DNA from: a virus
Length of the DNA stretch: 64,000 nucleotides
IMG/VR virus record: IMGVR_UViG_3300015372_000001
Span: 1 to 64,000 of that record
Reading direction: 5' to 3' (one strand)
Shown: positions 29,013 to 37,984 of the stretch, piece by piece
Position numbering within the stretch: the stretch's first letter is position 1
How the letters are laid out: each line of letters opens with the position of its first letter
Notes under the pieces: generated by a model
Databases searched by the model: none
The model's input: only the letters and a program-made list of their open reading frames with translations
What the model was told of the DNA's origin: nothing
Program-made: the position numbers and the translations under genes

Positions 29013-29087
29013 GCTGTGCCTTCCATAGTTGGCTGTACTAGGGGTTCGTTGCACGGTCCTGCTGGTTGGTGCTGGTGGTACCTCCTC

Positions 29088-29474
29088 TCAGAGCGATCCG
29101 ATGTCCCAGATCTGCCGGTAGCTGTTGAGCACGTCCTGGCACTGGGGGTCGTTCTGATCGACCCAGGTGGGGACGGGCTTGGGGTAGGACAGGGTGTAGG
29201 TCTCGGTCATCCCGGCGATCGGGTAGTGCTCGCAGATCGCGTAGTCGCGCTTGGCGTCTCCACCCGTGCCGAGCATCAGGACTGCGAGCAGGTCTCCTTG
29301 CCTCAGCATCTGCGTCCGGGCCTGGGTGGCGCGTGCCTTCCCGAGTTCGGTGAGGTGGAGGGTGTGAGCGATCTTGTAGTCCTTGTCGATCAGGAACATG
29401 ACCTCGCGTCCGGACATGACCGAGATCACGGCCTGGACGACGCTTCTCAGCATCGGGTCTTCGGGTTCTTTCAT
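29088..29474 (-). CDS. hypothetical protein
   Basis: AAGGAG SD, GC3-rich. Confidence 0.6.
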   Translation of the reverse strand: MKEPEDPMLRSVVQAVISVMSGREVMFLIDKDYKIAHTLHLTELGKARATQARTQMLRQGDLLAVLMLGTGGDAKRDYAICEHYPIAGMTETYTLSYPKPVPTWVDQNDPQCQDVLNSYRQIWDIGSL

Positions 29475-29554
29475 GGGTCTCTCCTTGCTGACGAGGGGAA
29501 GCGAAAGGAGGGGAGGGACCCGTGCCGAAACGGGCCCCTCCCCTGGGGTGACTC

Positions 29555-30613
29555 TCAGGCGACCTTGCTGCCCTTGAGCCGGTCGTGCTCTGCCTTCAGC
29601 CGGATGATCTTGTTCAGCCGGCTGTTCTCGGCCATCGCTCCGCGGTAAAGCGCCGAGGGGTAGATCCCTGACTCCTCGGAACTGGCGATCGGCACCTCGT
29701 GCTCCGATCCCCACTGCAGAAGCAAGGACTTCTTGAAGTCCTCGTGGATCTCTGCGACGGTGGCCGACTTCTTGACCTTGGAGTGCTTACCCGCCCGAAC
29801 GTGGATGAGGTTCTGGCGACCCTGCAGTTCGCAGATGTACTCCTTGTCCTGGTCGGGCTTGTTCATCTCGGCGTTGATGAGCACGTCCAGGTCGTTGAAA
29901 CGCTTGGCAAGCGTCTCGGTCGGGATCAGGTCGCCCTCGGGCAGCTTGACCTTGTAGCCGTTGCCCTTGGCGGGCTCGGCGGCCGAGGAGTCCTCGGTCT
30001 TCTCGACCTCGGCCGGAGCCTCAGTCACAGGCGGAGCCTCGGGCGAGGTCTTGGTCACGACGACCTCGACCTCCTCGGTCTCGTCGGTGAGAGCCTCGAA
30101 GACAGCATCGACTGCCTCCTTGACCTTCTCCTCCGCGACCTTCCGGGACTTCTTCTTCGGAGCCTTCGGCTCCTCAGGGGCGGGGGCGACCTCGATCGCC
30201 ACCACCTTCTCCTTGCCTCGCCAGTTCTTCCTGGTGACGATCGTCACCACGAGGCCCAACAGGACGAGTCCCGTCAGCGCCGCGAGCAGCTTGGAGCCCA
30301 TCATGACCGCGAGGGCCACTCCGACTCCGTACGCCACCGGCTGAACCACCATCCGGTTGGCCCACTGGACCCCCGGGTGTGCCCAGTGCCAGGCCTTGGA
30401 TCCGGCGAACTTCGCCTTGTCCCAGGCCCAGGTGACTGGGGTGAGGTGGAATGCCCAGTTGCCGGCCTTCTTGGCGAACTGGACGGCCTTGGAGGTCGCG
30501 GTCTTCGCGAACTCCAGAGCCTTCCGGGCCATGGCCCGGAAGCGATCCGACACGCGCGCCATGAAGGCGTCACGGTTGGGGATCGCAGGCACAACTGCAA
30601 CTGCTGCAGCCAT
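29555..30613 (-). CDS. membrane-anchored protein
   Basis: Amphipathic Trp-rich N-terminus, TM segments, charged linker; first gene after promoter P30. Confidence 0.7.
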   Translation of the reverse strand: MAAAVAVVPAIPNRDAFMARVSDRFRAMARKALEFAKTATSKAVQFAKKAGNWAFHLTPVTWAWDKAKFAGSKAWHWAHPGVQWANRMVVQPVAYGVGVALAVMMGSKLLAALTGLVLLGLVVTIVTRKNWRGKEKVVAIEVAPAPEEPKAPKKKSRKVAEEKVKEAVDAVFEALTDETEEVEVVVTKTSPEAPPVTEAPAEVEKTEDSSAAEPAKGNGYKVKLPEGDLIPTETLAKRFNDLDVLINAEMNKPDQDKEYICELQGRQNLIHVRAGKHSKVKKSATVAEIHEDFKKSLLLQWGSEHEVPIASSEESGIYPSALYRGAMAENSRLNKIIRLKAEHDRLKGSKVA

Positions 30614-30659
30614 GGTGATCACACCCTTTCATGATGTGGTCGTTGGGGTTTGCACACCG

Positions 30660-30725
30660 GGCCCTCTTCGAGGCCGCTCCGCAGAGCCGGTCGATTGCCA
30701 CACGTCTTCGGCCCTCTTCGAGGCC
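30660..30725 (-). repeat. two 16-bp direct repeats GGCCCTCTTCGAGGCC (hairpin-forming)
   Basis: Copies at 30660-30675 and 30710-30725. Confidence 0.85.
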
Positions 30726-30739
30726 CACCCGCAGGTTCC

Positions 30740-30779
30740 GGACATGCAAAAAGCCCCTGACCATCGGGGTCAGGGGCTT
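30740..30779 (-). terminator. leader terminator
   Basis: GCCCCTGACC/GGTCAGGGGC stem plus TTTTTGCATGTCC. Confidence 0.8.
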
Positions 30780-30849
30780 CAGTGGGCGGATGGCCTCTGA
30801 CAGCCATCCGTCCTGTTTCCGCGCAGGCAGAAGCCCACGCACTGGAATC

Positions 30850-30878
30850 AGTGTATCACATACACAACACTGGGTCCA
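30850..30878 (-). promoter_or_regulatory. leftward SigA-like promoter P30
   Basis: TGGACC-17-TACACT with extended TG; AT-rich island. Confidence 0.6.
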
Positions 30879-30989
30879 GGAGACATCGGCAGTGGCCGGT
30901 GGGGACCGCGCACCGTGGGGATGCCGTCCTGCCTAACCGGCCACCACCGTGGACCGGCCCCTCCACCGGACAACAGAGGGGCCAGTCGT

Positions 30990-31247
30990 CTATGGGCTGG
31001 CCTTGCGCCTGACGGCGCACTGCTCGCACCAGCCGATGAACCGGTCACGCCGGTCCTGCCCCAGCCGCCACAGCTCGTCGGCGATGAAGTTCGGCACCAT
31101 CCGGGCGTTCTTCATCCCCGAGCAGTACGGGACGCTGTGCAGCAGCGCGACTCCTCCCATCGCGGTGGCGGTGGTGTACATGACGCCGTTGCTGGTGCGC
31201 TCCCAGTCGGCGAGCACCGACATGGTGGGCGTGAAGGTGTCAGGCAT
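30990..31247 (-). CDS. hypothetical Cys-containing protein
   Basis: GGAGG SD; H..C...C..C. Confidence 0.6.
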   Translation of the reverse strand: MPDTFTPTMSVLADWERTSNGVMYTTATAMGGVALLHSVPYCSGMKNARMVPNFIADELWRLGQDRRDRFIGWCEQCAVRRKASP

Positions 31248-31500
31248 CGGCTGCCTCCTTCTGGTCCGAGTCGTGCCAGGCCAGCCAGTCGGCGAACCCG
31301 ACGGTGGTGTCACCTAGCGCGACCTCCTGCTGCCAGAGCGCGTACGCGCCCAGGCTGCTCGGGTCCACGGCGGCAGCACGCTCCCGAGCGCGTCGATCTG
31401 CTGCCTCCATGCAGGTGGCGATCCGGTCCAGGTGGTGCCGGATCATGCTGATGTCGCCGCAGAACTGATGGTCCATGCGGCTACCCGGCTCTCCTGGCAT
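31240..31500 (-). CDS. hypothetical protein
   Basis: Coupled ORF; WQQEVALGDT..G..DW. Confidence 0.6.
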   Translation of the reverse strand: MPGEPGSRMDHQFCGDISMIRHHLDRIATCMEAADRRARERAAAVDPSSLGAYALWQQEVALGDTTVGFADWLAWHDSDQKEAADA

Positions 31501-31877
31501 CAGCCCTCACCTCCGTGCTGGACGTGGAGATCCTCGATCTCCTTGTTCCGCCTGGCTTCTCTCTCGGCGTGGTGAATGTCGCACAGCGTCTTCCACCAGC
31601 CGTGGATCGACCGGGTTTCGGCTCGCTTCCCGCACACCTCGCAGAGCTTGGTGGAGGCCTCCTCGGCGATGGCGATCGCCTCGTGGAAGCCCTCGGCGTC
31701 GGACTGGGCGTAGTACCGCAGCCCGCCGAACTTCTCCTTGACCTGCTGGAGGGTGAAGTCCGGGTCCAGGTCGTTGAGCTGGAGCTCCAGGTTGCGGAGC
31801 AGTTGGTGCCAGCCCTCACCGACGTTGCTAGCCGCAGTCATCATCGGTGATGCCTGCGGCCCGAAACAGGTGGTCAT
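31500..31877 (-). CDS. conserved phage protein (QVKEKFGGLRYY family)
   Basis: GW..L...QVKEKFGGLRYY...CEVCG...LC..H. Confidence 0.75.
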   Translation of the reverse strand: MTTCFGPQASPMMTAASNVGEGWHQLLRNLELQLNDLDPDFTLQQVKEKFGGLRYYAQSDAEGFHEAIAIAEEASTKLCEVCGKRAETRSIHGWWKTLCDIHHAEREARRNKEIEDLHVQHGGEG

Positions 31878-32248
31878 GACACTCCCTCGGTTTCCTGTGG
31901 TTCACGAGCCCAGTACTCGTGAACCTGATCCCAGCCATCCAGCCGCTGACCGGCCAGGTGCATCACGTAGATGTCGGCGACGTGCATCATCACTCCGTAG
32001 CCCTCCATCGGGCCGCGGGTCACGATGATCCCGCCGACGTTGGCGGTCTGCTTGGCACCGGTCACCTCGACCAGCGCCACCAGTTGGGCGAGCTCGTGGA
32101 CCACCACGTCGTACGTCGGGCAGTCCTTGATGCCGCGGACTACCTTCAGGATCTGGTAGACCCGTCTGGCCTGCTCGCGCAGATGGTCGTTGTCCTTCAG
32201 CTCCGCGCTGCGGGGCATCCACTCGTGGTTCGGATCCAAGTTGCTCAT
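31874..32248 (-). CDS. hypothetical protein
   Basis: AAGGAG SD, coupled. Confidence 0.6.
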   Translation of the reverse strand: MSNLDPNHEWMPRSAELKDNDHLREQARRVYQILKVVRGIKDCPTYDVVVHELAQLVALVEVTGAKQTANVGGIIVTRGPMEGYGVMMHVADIYVMHLAGQRLDGWDQVHEYWAREPQETEGVS

Positions 32249-32454
32249 GTCTCTCCTTTCTCGTGCTCTAGGTTGTGTTGCTCGGCGTACTTCGCGGAGA
32301 GCTCGGCGAGCCCTCCCAGACCCTCGGTGAACCGGGGCCATGCGTGCCCGCAGTGCGGGCACACCCAGTACAGAACTCCGTCGTAGACCCCGAGCACCTC
32401 GTAGCCGAGGTAGTCGGGCTCCTCGCACTCCGGGCAGCCGTCCGGTTCGGCCAT
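32245..32454 (-). CDS. Zn-ribbon protein
   Basis: CPEC...YDGVLYWVCPHCG. Confidence 0.7.
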   Translation of the reverse strand: MAEPDGCPECEEPDYLGYEVLGVYDGVLYWVCPHCGHAWPRFTEGLGGLAELSAKYAEQHNLEHEKGET

Positions 32455-32816
32455 CAGCCGTTGTAGAGCGAGGTAGTGCCGACGAATGCTCCGGACCACT
32501 CCCAGTTGTCCAGCCAGTAGGCGTTGAAGTCACGCTCGTCCAGCTGAACGGTGTCGTTCACCTCGGCTTCGAGGCGGGCGATCATCACGTCGTAGGACTT
32601 CGCGTAGCTGGTGGGCTTCGGAAGCTTGTTCAGCGGAGAGAAGCTCTGGTAGTTCAGCTTCTGATCCTTCTCCGCTCGATCAGCGACCTTGCGAAGCTCC
32701 CGGATCGCCTTCTTCAGCCAGGTCCTCCGGGCCTTCTTGTACTCCTTGATGTGCTTGGTCCGGTTCTCCTGGAGTTTGTCCAGGAGGTCGGTGGTCTTGA
32801 CCTCGGTGGGCTTCAC
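32454..32816 (-). CDS. conserved hypothetical phage protein
   Basis: AAGGAG SD before GTG; helical; P.SY...YD..I..LE...F..Y..D.W.W. Confidence 0.7.
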   Translation of the reverse strand: MKPTEVKTTDLLDKLQENRTKHIKEYKKARRTWLKKAIRELRKVADRAEKDQKLNYQSFSPLNKLPKPTSYAKSYDVMIARLEAEVNDTVQLDERDFNAYWLDNWEWSGAFVGTTSLYNG

Positions 32817-33220
32817 GGTGTTCTCCTTACTGGGTCGTTGCTGGGGCCGGTTGGCGGATGCCAGTTGCCCTTCTCGTCGCGGTACGCGGGGGTGTCGAGC
32901 ATCATCACTTCGTCCTCGATCTGGTCGCCGATGGTGGTGCCGGCGGCGTTCAGGATCTTGGAGCCGCAGTCGGTGCAGCGCATCGGACGGGCTCGCGCCG
33001 TCTTCGCATCGCTGCGCTTCTCCAGCTCCTCGGTGATCTCGGTCTCGCCGATGAAGCAGATCCCGCCGACGATGATGGCCGGGATGCCCATGGCGAAGGC
33101 GGTGGCCATCAGCGCCTTCCCGGCCGGGTCCGGCAGCCAGTAGCTGACCATCAGCGCGATCCAGGCCACCACCACGGTCACCACCGCGAACGCGGTCACC
33201 AGGCGGATGTTGTGCCGCAT
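32813..33220 (-). CDS. membrane protein with CxxC
   Basis: Two TM segments. Confidence 0.65.
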   Translation of the reverse strand: MRHNIRLVTAFAVVTVVVAWIALMVSYWLPDPAGKALMATAFAMGIPAIIVGGICFIGETEITEELEKRSDAKTARARPMRCTDCGSKILNAAGTTIGDQIEDEVMMLDTPAYRDEKGNWHPPTGPSNDPVRRTP

Positions 33221-33576
33221 CAGTAGCCACGCTCCTCGCGGATCGTCTTGCGGGCGATCTCCCGGAACCGGCCTTCGAGATCGAGCTCGGTCTTCATCTG
33301 GGCCAGTTCCTTGGTGTCGCTGGTGATCACCTGGGCCTTCTGCTGCTGGTCCAGGTAGATGTTCTTCTCCAGCGCCATCGAGGACCGGTGGTTGGAGTGG
33401 TACCAGCCGAGCGCGACGTTGGCGGCGACCGCGGTCGCGAAGAACAGCACCCCGGACCAGATGAACCGGTAGTTCACCCCGGTGCCCATCCAGATGCCGA
33501 TCAGTACCAGGGCGAACGCGATCGTGTAGAAGATCGCGATGTACTTGCTGTAGCGCAGGAAGTCGTTCCAGGTCAT
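33220..33576 (-). CDS. membrane protein
   Basis: Two TM segments; GAGGAG SD. Confidence 0.7.
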   Translation of the reverse strand: MTWNDFLRYSKYIAIFYTIAFALVLIGIWMGTGVNYRFIWSGVLFFATAVAANVALGWYHSNHRSSMALEKNIYLDQQQKAQVITSDTKELAQMKTELDLEGRFREIARKTIREERGY

Positions 33577-33851
33577 GTTCTCTCCTCAGGGTGTTGGGCT
33601 TCGTAGAAGTCGATGGAGCCGATCACCATCTGGCCCCACAGGTTCACGTCGGACTGGTCCGGGCCGAGGGCGGCTGCATAGGCCAGCCCGACCTCCTCGC
33701 GGAGGATCTCCTTGCCGTCGGCGATCCGGGTGACGGTGAGGATCCCGCGCCAGCTGTTGGTCTCCATCCGGGTCACGTCGGCCCGCCAGGCTCCGTCATC
33801 GACGCCTGCGGACCAGACCAGCCCGGCGATCTCGGCGGGTTCTTCGGTCAT
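33573..33851 (-). CDS. hypothetical protein
   Basis: GAGGAG SD. Confidence 0.65.
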   Translation of the reverse strand: MTEEPAEIAGLVWSAGVDDGAWRADVTRMETNSWRGILTVTRIADGKEILREEVGLAYAAALGPDQSDVNLWGQMVIGSIDFYEAQHPEERT

Positions 33852-33915
33852 GGCAGCTCCTCTCACAAGTCGAGGGGGCAGCAAGCAGGACGTGCCTGCT
33901 CACTGCCCCCTGGTC

Positions 33916-34149
33916 TCAGGCGACGTTCTTCAGATGGCGGATGGCCATCAGCACGAACGTCTTGGTGGACTCGAAGTAGGTGATCTTGCGAGTCACCTCG
34001 GTGCTGGTCGCGGTGAAGCCGTTCTGGCTGAACAGCTGACGAGCGAACTCACCGATCTCTCGGGTCATCTTGTCGATCGTGACCTGGTTGGCCTTCCGGG
34101 TTCCCTTGGCCAGATCCGCAACGAACTTGATCTCGATCCTGCGTGGCAT
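33916..34149 (-). CDS. hypothetical protein
   Basis: GGAGG SD. Confidence 0.6.
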   Translation of the reverse strand: MPRRIEIKFVADLAKGTRKANQVTIDKMTREIGEFARQLFSQNGFTATSTEVTRKITYFESTKTFVLMAIRHLKNVA

Positions 34150-34153
34150 TGCG

Positions 34154-34372
34154 TTACCTCCGTTCCTTCTGTTCAGTCCGAGATGTCATGTGCCAGTACG
34201 GGCAGTCCCGGCACTTGTAGGCGCGCAGCCGTTGCCCGCCCTTGATCGCGCGATTGAGCGTGGCGCTCAGTGCATGCGCCTTGCTCTGGTAGCAGAACTT
34301 GCCGCTCTTGCACTCCTTCAGGGCCGGGGAGCGGTGCGGCTTCCTCCTCCTCGGCTTGATTCGTCGGCCCAT
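34154..34372 (-). CDS. small basic Zn-binding phage protein
   Basis: C.SGK.CY...A...RAYKCRDCPYWHMTS. Confidence 0.7.
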   Translation of the reverse strand: MGRRIKPRRRKPHRSPALKECKSGKFCYQSKAHALSATLNRAIKGGQRLRAYKCRDCPYWHMTSRTEQKERR

Positions 34373-34382
34373 GGGCCCTCCC

Positions 34383-34682
34383 TTACTCCTCGGTCCGCCC
34401 ATAGGGGTGCGGAATGCTTCTGACGGCTCGCTTCCGGCCATGCAGCGCGGCCAGCAGCGACTCGATGTAGGGGTCGTAGGTGCCTCCGGCGATGCCCTCG
34501 ATCAGGTCATCGATCTCGGGCGGTCCGGAGGACTCCGCGACCTCTTCCTCCTCGGCGCGGCGCAGCCACTCCCAGGAGTGATCGGACAGATCAGTCACGG
34601 TGTGACCGATCGGATGGGTGCAAGCCAGCCGCTCCCCGCTGACCCGGCTGGTGTACTTCTGGTTGCAGATCCGAGGGCTCAC
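34383..34682 (-). CDS. hypothetical protein
   Basis: Coupled ORF with C/H motif. Confidence 0.6.
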   Translation of the reverse strand: MSPRICNQKYTSRVSGERLACTHPIGHTVTDLSDHSWEWLRRAEEEEVAESSGPPEIDDLIEGIAGGTYDPYIESLLAALHGRKRAVRSIPHPYGRTEE

Positions 34683-35029
34683 GCCGGCTCATCTCCTTCC
34701 GGGAGCGGGCTCTCGATCGAGATGACGCGAGGCAGTGGTTCCGGTCCGACATAGCGCAGACACCGGCAGGTGGTGAGCACCTGCCGGGTGCCCAGCTTGG
34801 TCTTCTTGAAGAAGGCGACGGTGTAGTGACAGCCGTCGTCGTCGCTGTGGAACGAGTAGTGGTGCGTGCACCCACAGGTCGGGTCCGGATCGGTGAGGAC
34901 CCGGACCCGACGCTGCAGCCGAATGTTCGCCTGGTGGTAGGTCTCACCCCAGCCGAGGGTGAGGAACCAGCCGATGGCCAGCACCACGTTGCAGGTCAGG
35001 CTGACCCACAGCAGGTGCTGTGCGGTCAT
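34679..35029 (-). CDS. membrane-anchored Cys/His-rich protein
   Basis: N-terminal TM; CGCTHHYSFH..C..CRC..YVGPEP. Confidence 0.7.
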   Translation of the reverse strand: MTAQHLLWVSLTCNVVLAIGWFLTLGWGETYHQANIRLQRRVRVLTDPDPTCGCTHHYSFHSDDDGCHYTVAFFKKTKLGTRQVLTTCRCLRYVGPEPLPRVISIESPLPEGDEPA

Positions 35030-35298
35030 CTGACGATCGCCGTCTCACGATCGAGGATCTCGTACCGGGAGTAGCCGTTCTCCGGATCGCCGATGATCCG
35101 CTGCACCTCCGACAGCACCAGCTGGTCGAGCTGGATGTGGGTGTGCACCTCCGTGGAGGGCCCGTTGTCGGGGCTCTGGGCGGGCGTACGGCGCTTCCGG
35201 GGAGTCGGTTGGACCTCTCCCCTGGCCACGGCCTGAACGGCCTTCTCGTGGAGGCTGGCGGTCTCGGGGAGGGGCACGCCCTTCTTGGTCTCAGTCAT
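35026..35298 (-). CDS. hypothetical protein
   Basis: GGAGG SD. Confidence 0.6.
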   Translation of the reverse strand: MTETKKGVPLPETASLHEKAVQAVARGEVQPTPRKRRTPAQSPDNGPSTEVHTHIQLDQLVLSEVQRIIGDPENGYSRYEILDRETAIVR

Positions 35299-35620
35299 GG
35301 TCCTCCGCTCCTTCCACGGTGTCCGGGATGCCGACGAACTCCAGGTCCCGGCCACTGGCCTGGAAGATCGCCTTCATGTGCATGAACAGCGCGGCCATCG
35401 CCTGCACCGAGTCCTCGTAGTCGCGGATCTGGATCCCGGCCTTCTCGTCGTCCTCGAGGAAGACAATGGCCTTGACCGGGGTCAGGTTGGCCTCGGGGTC
35501 GCCCCGGTGCTCCTCGCGCTCTGCTTCGAGTGCGTCGTCCAAGGCGTCGGTCATCGACTGGCACAGGCGGGTCAGCCGGGTGAACGGCTGGTCGGCCTGC
35601 TTTACGTCCATGTCGGTCAT
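35291..35620 (-). CDS. hypothetical protein
   Basis: Coupled ORF. Confidence 0.6.
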   Translation of the reverse strand: MTDMDVKQADQPFTRLTRLCQSMTDALDDALEAEREEHRGDPEANLTPVKAIVFLEDDEKAGIQIRDYEDSVQAMAALFMHMKAIFQASGRDLEFVGIPDTVEGAEDHD

Positions 35621-35838
35621 GGCGTTCCTTCCTTGCAGGTCAGCTGGTGGGCCTTGAGCTCGTGTCGAGCCATGGCCGCCTGCGTCCGCAGCTGTTGCAG
35701 ACGCCGGCGCTCGGGGGCGCTGATGTGTCGCCCACGAGCCTTGATGGCCAGGCTGTTGTGCTCACCGGCGACCCGGACCAGGTTCCGCTTGAGCTCACTG
35801 CACTCCGCGCAAGCGACCCTGTTCTCGGCGATCCTCAT
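35617..35838 (-). CDS. hypothetical protein with CxxC
   Basis: GGAAGGA SD. Confidence 0.55.
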   Translation of the reverse strand: MRIAENRVACAECSELKRNLVRVAGEHNSLAIKARGRHISAPERRRLQQLRTQAAMARHELKAHQLTCKEGTP

Positions 35839-35892
35839 TCCGTTCCTTCCTGGGTGACTGGCATGATGGAACCTCGTTCCCTTCCAAGGCGA

Positions 35893-35938
35893 ACAGCAGA
35901 GCCCCGGAGCTTGTGGTGATCCCCGGGGCTCTGCTGTG
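35893..35938. terminator. intergenic hairpin
   Basis: ACAGCAGAGCCCCGG / CCGGGGCTCTGCTGT inverted repeat. Confidence 0.55.
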
Positions 35939-36199
35939 TCAGGCGACTGCTCGATCCTCGCAACCGAAGACCGGGCTATTGATGTGGTGGGTGATGTTGC
36001 CCAGCTCGTCCCGTCCGATCAGGGTGACCATCCGGATGTGCTTCGGGTTGAGCTGGGTGAGCAGGCTGGGATCGATCGCACACGAGAGCATGGTGCTGTA
36101 CTCATCCATCGCCTCTTCGAGGCTGGTGTGGTTGCGGCTGAAGCTGCTCCCACTGCAGAGAGTGATCCCCACCTCATACGTCACGGATCTGGTGCCCAT
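35939..36199 (-). CDS. hypothetical protein
   Basis: AAGGAG SD before ATG 36199. Confidence 0.55.
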   Translation of the reverse strand: MGTRSVTYEVGITLCSGSSFSRNHTSLEEAMDEYSTMLSCAIDPSLLTQLNPKHIRMVTLIGRDELGNITHHINSPVFGCEDRAVA

Positions 36200-36293
36200 G
36201 ACTCCTTCTTTCGGGGTCGGCAGGTTGGTGGTGACCCACGCCTCGCCGACCGGGAGGCATTGGCCTATCTGGCGGGGGTGTAGACCCGAGAGC

Positions 36294-36425
36294 TCACTCG
36301 AGCCCCCTGTCATGATCGTGGATCTCTTCGGTGGCCCGCCGTTGCCAGTAGGCCTCCATGAACAGGTTGGTGAGGATGGAGACCCCCACCGACCCGAATA
36401 GACAGGACAGGAAGAAGAGCGACAT
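36294..36425 (-). CDS. small membrane peptide
   Basis: MSLFFLSCLFGSVGVSIL; TGATG coupling. Confidence 0.5.
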   Translation of the reverse strand: MSLFFLSCLFGSVGVSILTNLFMEAYWQRRATEEIHDHDRGLE

Positions 36426-36610
36426 CAGGCCTCCTCCCCCGTCCAGTCGTGGCAGTTCCCGCAGTACCCCTCGCGGATGTCGTTCGGGTTGTGCGAGGTC
36501 CTGCCGCATCGCGGGCAGGTGAAGCCGGTGATGATCCGGTCCACCGCCTGCTGGGCCTTGCGGCCCCGCTCCACGAACTCGCGGAGCATGTCCTGGTTGC
36601 GCTCGGTCAC
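36425..36610 (-). CDS. small Zn-finger protein
   Basis: FTCPRCGRTSHNPND...GYCGNCHDWT. Confidence 0.7.
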   Translation of the reverse strand: MTERNQDMLREFVERGRKAQQAVDRIITGFTCPRCGRTSHNPNDIREGYCGNCHDWTGEEA

Positions 36611-37002
36611 GACTGCTCACCTTCTGCGTCGTCACGGTCGATGCGCTCGGTGGGCAACTCACCTCTGACCCGGACCTTGATCTGGTACCTGCTCCAGTCA
36701 TCCCGGCCGACCTCCTGGGCGACCACATCCTGGAAGTACTCTGGAATCTCCTCCCAGGGCACCTGGTGGAAGTCGAGCAGCTCGTTCCGCTTCAGCTCCG
36801 ACCGGTCCCGGTTGAGCATCACCGCGTTCCGCAGGTAGGCCGGCTGTGCGGTCCCCAGCGGGTGGATGCCGGACGGCTCCGCACTGGGCTGGAGCGTGGT
36901 GAACTGGGTCCAGCCTTCGGTAGGGCTGGAGAACCCTTCCGGTGTCGTCGGCTGGTTGGCGTGACCGACCTCGATGACGATGGTCGGTGCAAGGTGCTTC
37001 AT
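36607..37002 (-). CDS. hypothetical protein
   Basis: AAGGGG SD. Confidence 0.55.
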   Translation of the reverse strand: MKHLAPTIVIEVGHANQPTTPEGFSSPTEGWTQFTTLQPSAEPSGIHPLGTAQPAYLRNAVMLNRDRSELKRNELLDFHQVPWEEIPEYFQDVVAQEVGRDDWSRYQIKVRVRGELPTERIDRDDAEGEQS

Positions 37003-37124
37003 GGTGTCCCCTTTCGGAGGGTTTGGTTCCCCACGACGGTCGCCGTGGGCAGGGCGGGTCACCCTCCAGACACGCACATCCTCGACGGAGAGGACGAGGA
37101 TGTGCGTGCTGGGCAGCGACCCCC

Positions 37125-37646
37125 TCAGTAGCGGGTGTAGGCCACGACCGACTTCGCGAGGAACTGAGTCTCGTTGAACTTCAGGCCCAGGTACTGCCCG
37201 AGGTAGAAGTCGTACATCGGGATCGGCAGCGGCTGCCTCCCCTCCAGCCTCATCGCTTGGCTCCAGAGCTCGTCATCGACCCGAGGGAGCCGGGAGCGGT
37301 GCATCGACGCTGGCGTGGAGTAGTCGGACCACAGGTATGGACCACCGCAGATCCGGCCGCCCTGGTTCCCGTACGGCGTGGTGGACTTGAACCTGAAGCT
37401 GATGTTCTCCACCATCCCGGTGAACCGGATCTCATAGACGGCCGATTCGGTCTCCACCTGGATCGGATTGCTGAGATTGCTATCCCAGTCGCCTGGGTCC
37501 ACCAGTGCCCGCAGCAGAGCCAGCGAGCGCTTCTCGGCATTCTCCTGGCGCTGCTCCCGGGACGGTCGTGCGGCCCACCGGCCGTTGGGCAGCCGAGGCT
37601 GCTGGCGGAGCCGGTTCAGGACGTTGGCGACAGGACTGCTGGCCAT
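37125..37646 (-). CDS. E2-like cysteine-domain protein
   Basis: ENI...GGRICGGP; P..D..LGQYL.LK.NE..F; abuts the GG protein gene. Confidence 0.7.
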   Translation of the reverse strand: MASSPVANVLNRLRQQPRLPNGRWAARPSREQRQENAEKRSLALLRALVDPGDWDSNLSNPIQVETESAVYEIRFTGMVENISFRFKSTTPYGNQGGRICGGPYLWSDYSTPASMHRSRLPRVDDELWSQAMRLEGRQPLPIPMYDFYLGQYLGLKFNETQFLAKSVVAYTRY

Positions 37647-37907
37647 CTAGCCCCCGACCGTCTGCGGGACCATGACCACCTGCTCGGCGGTCTGGTCGAA
37701 GGTGCGGGTGACCGTGCCCGTGCCACCGCCGGAGTCCACGGTGAAGGCGAGCATGCCCTTGGCCATGGACTCATCGAAGGTGGCCATGGCCTCGTTGACC
37801 TCGGTCTCGACGGCCGGGTCGTAGATCACGTCGGTGTGGCCGGAGCTGTCCAGGATGCGCAGGACGTGCTTGCCGGCCGGAACGTCGATCTTGGTGAGAG
37901 TGGACAT
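37647..37907 (-). CDS. 86-aa Gly-Gly-terminated ubiquitin-like candidate B
   Basis: AAGGGA SD; ends PQTVGG; paralog of 25597-25857. Confidence 0.75.
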   Translation of the reverse strand: MSTLTKIDVPAGKHVLRILDSSGHTDVIYDPAVETEVNEAMATFDESMAKGMLAFTVDSGGGTGTVTRTFDQTAEQVVMVPQTVGG

Positions 37908-37984
37908 TCGGTTGTTTCCCTTCGTGGTGATACAGCGAAGCCCCACAGCCGAGTTGCTGTGGGGCGGGTGGAACATCCGTGGGG

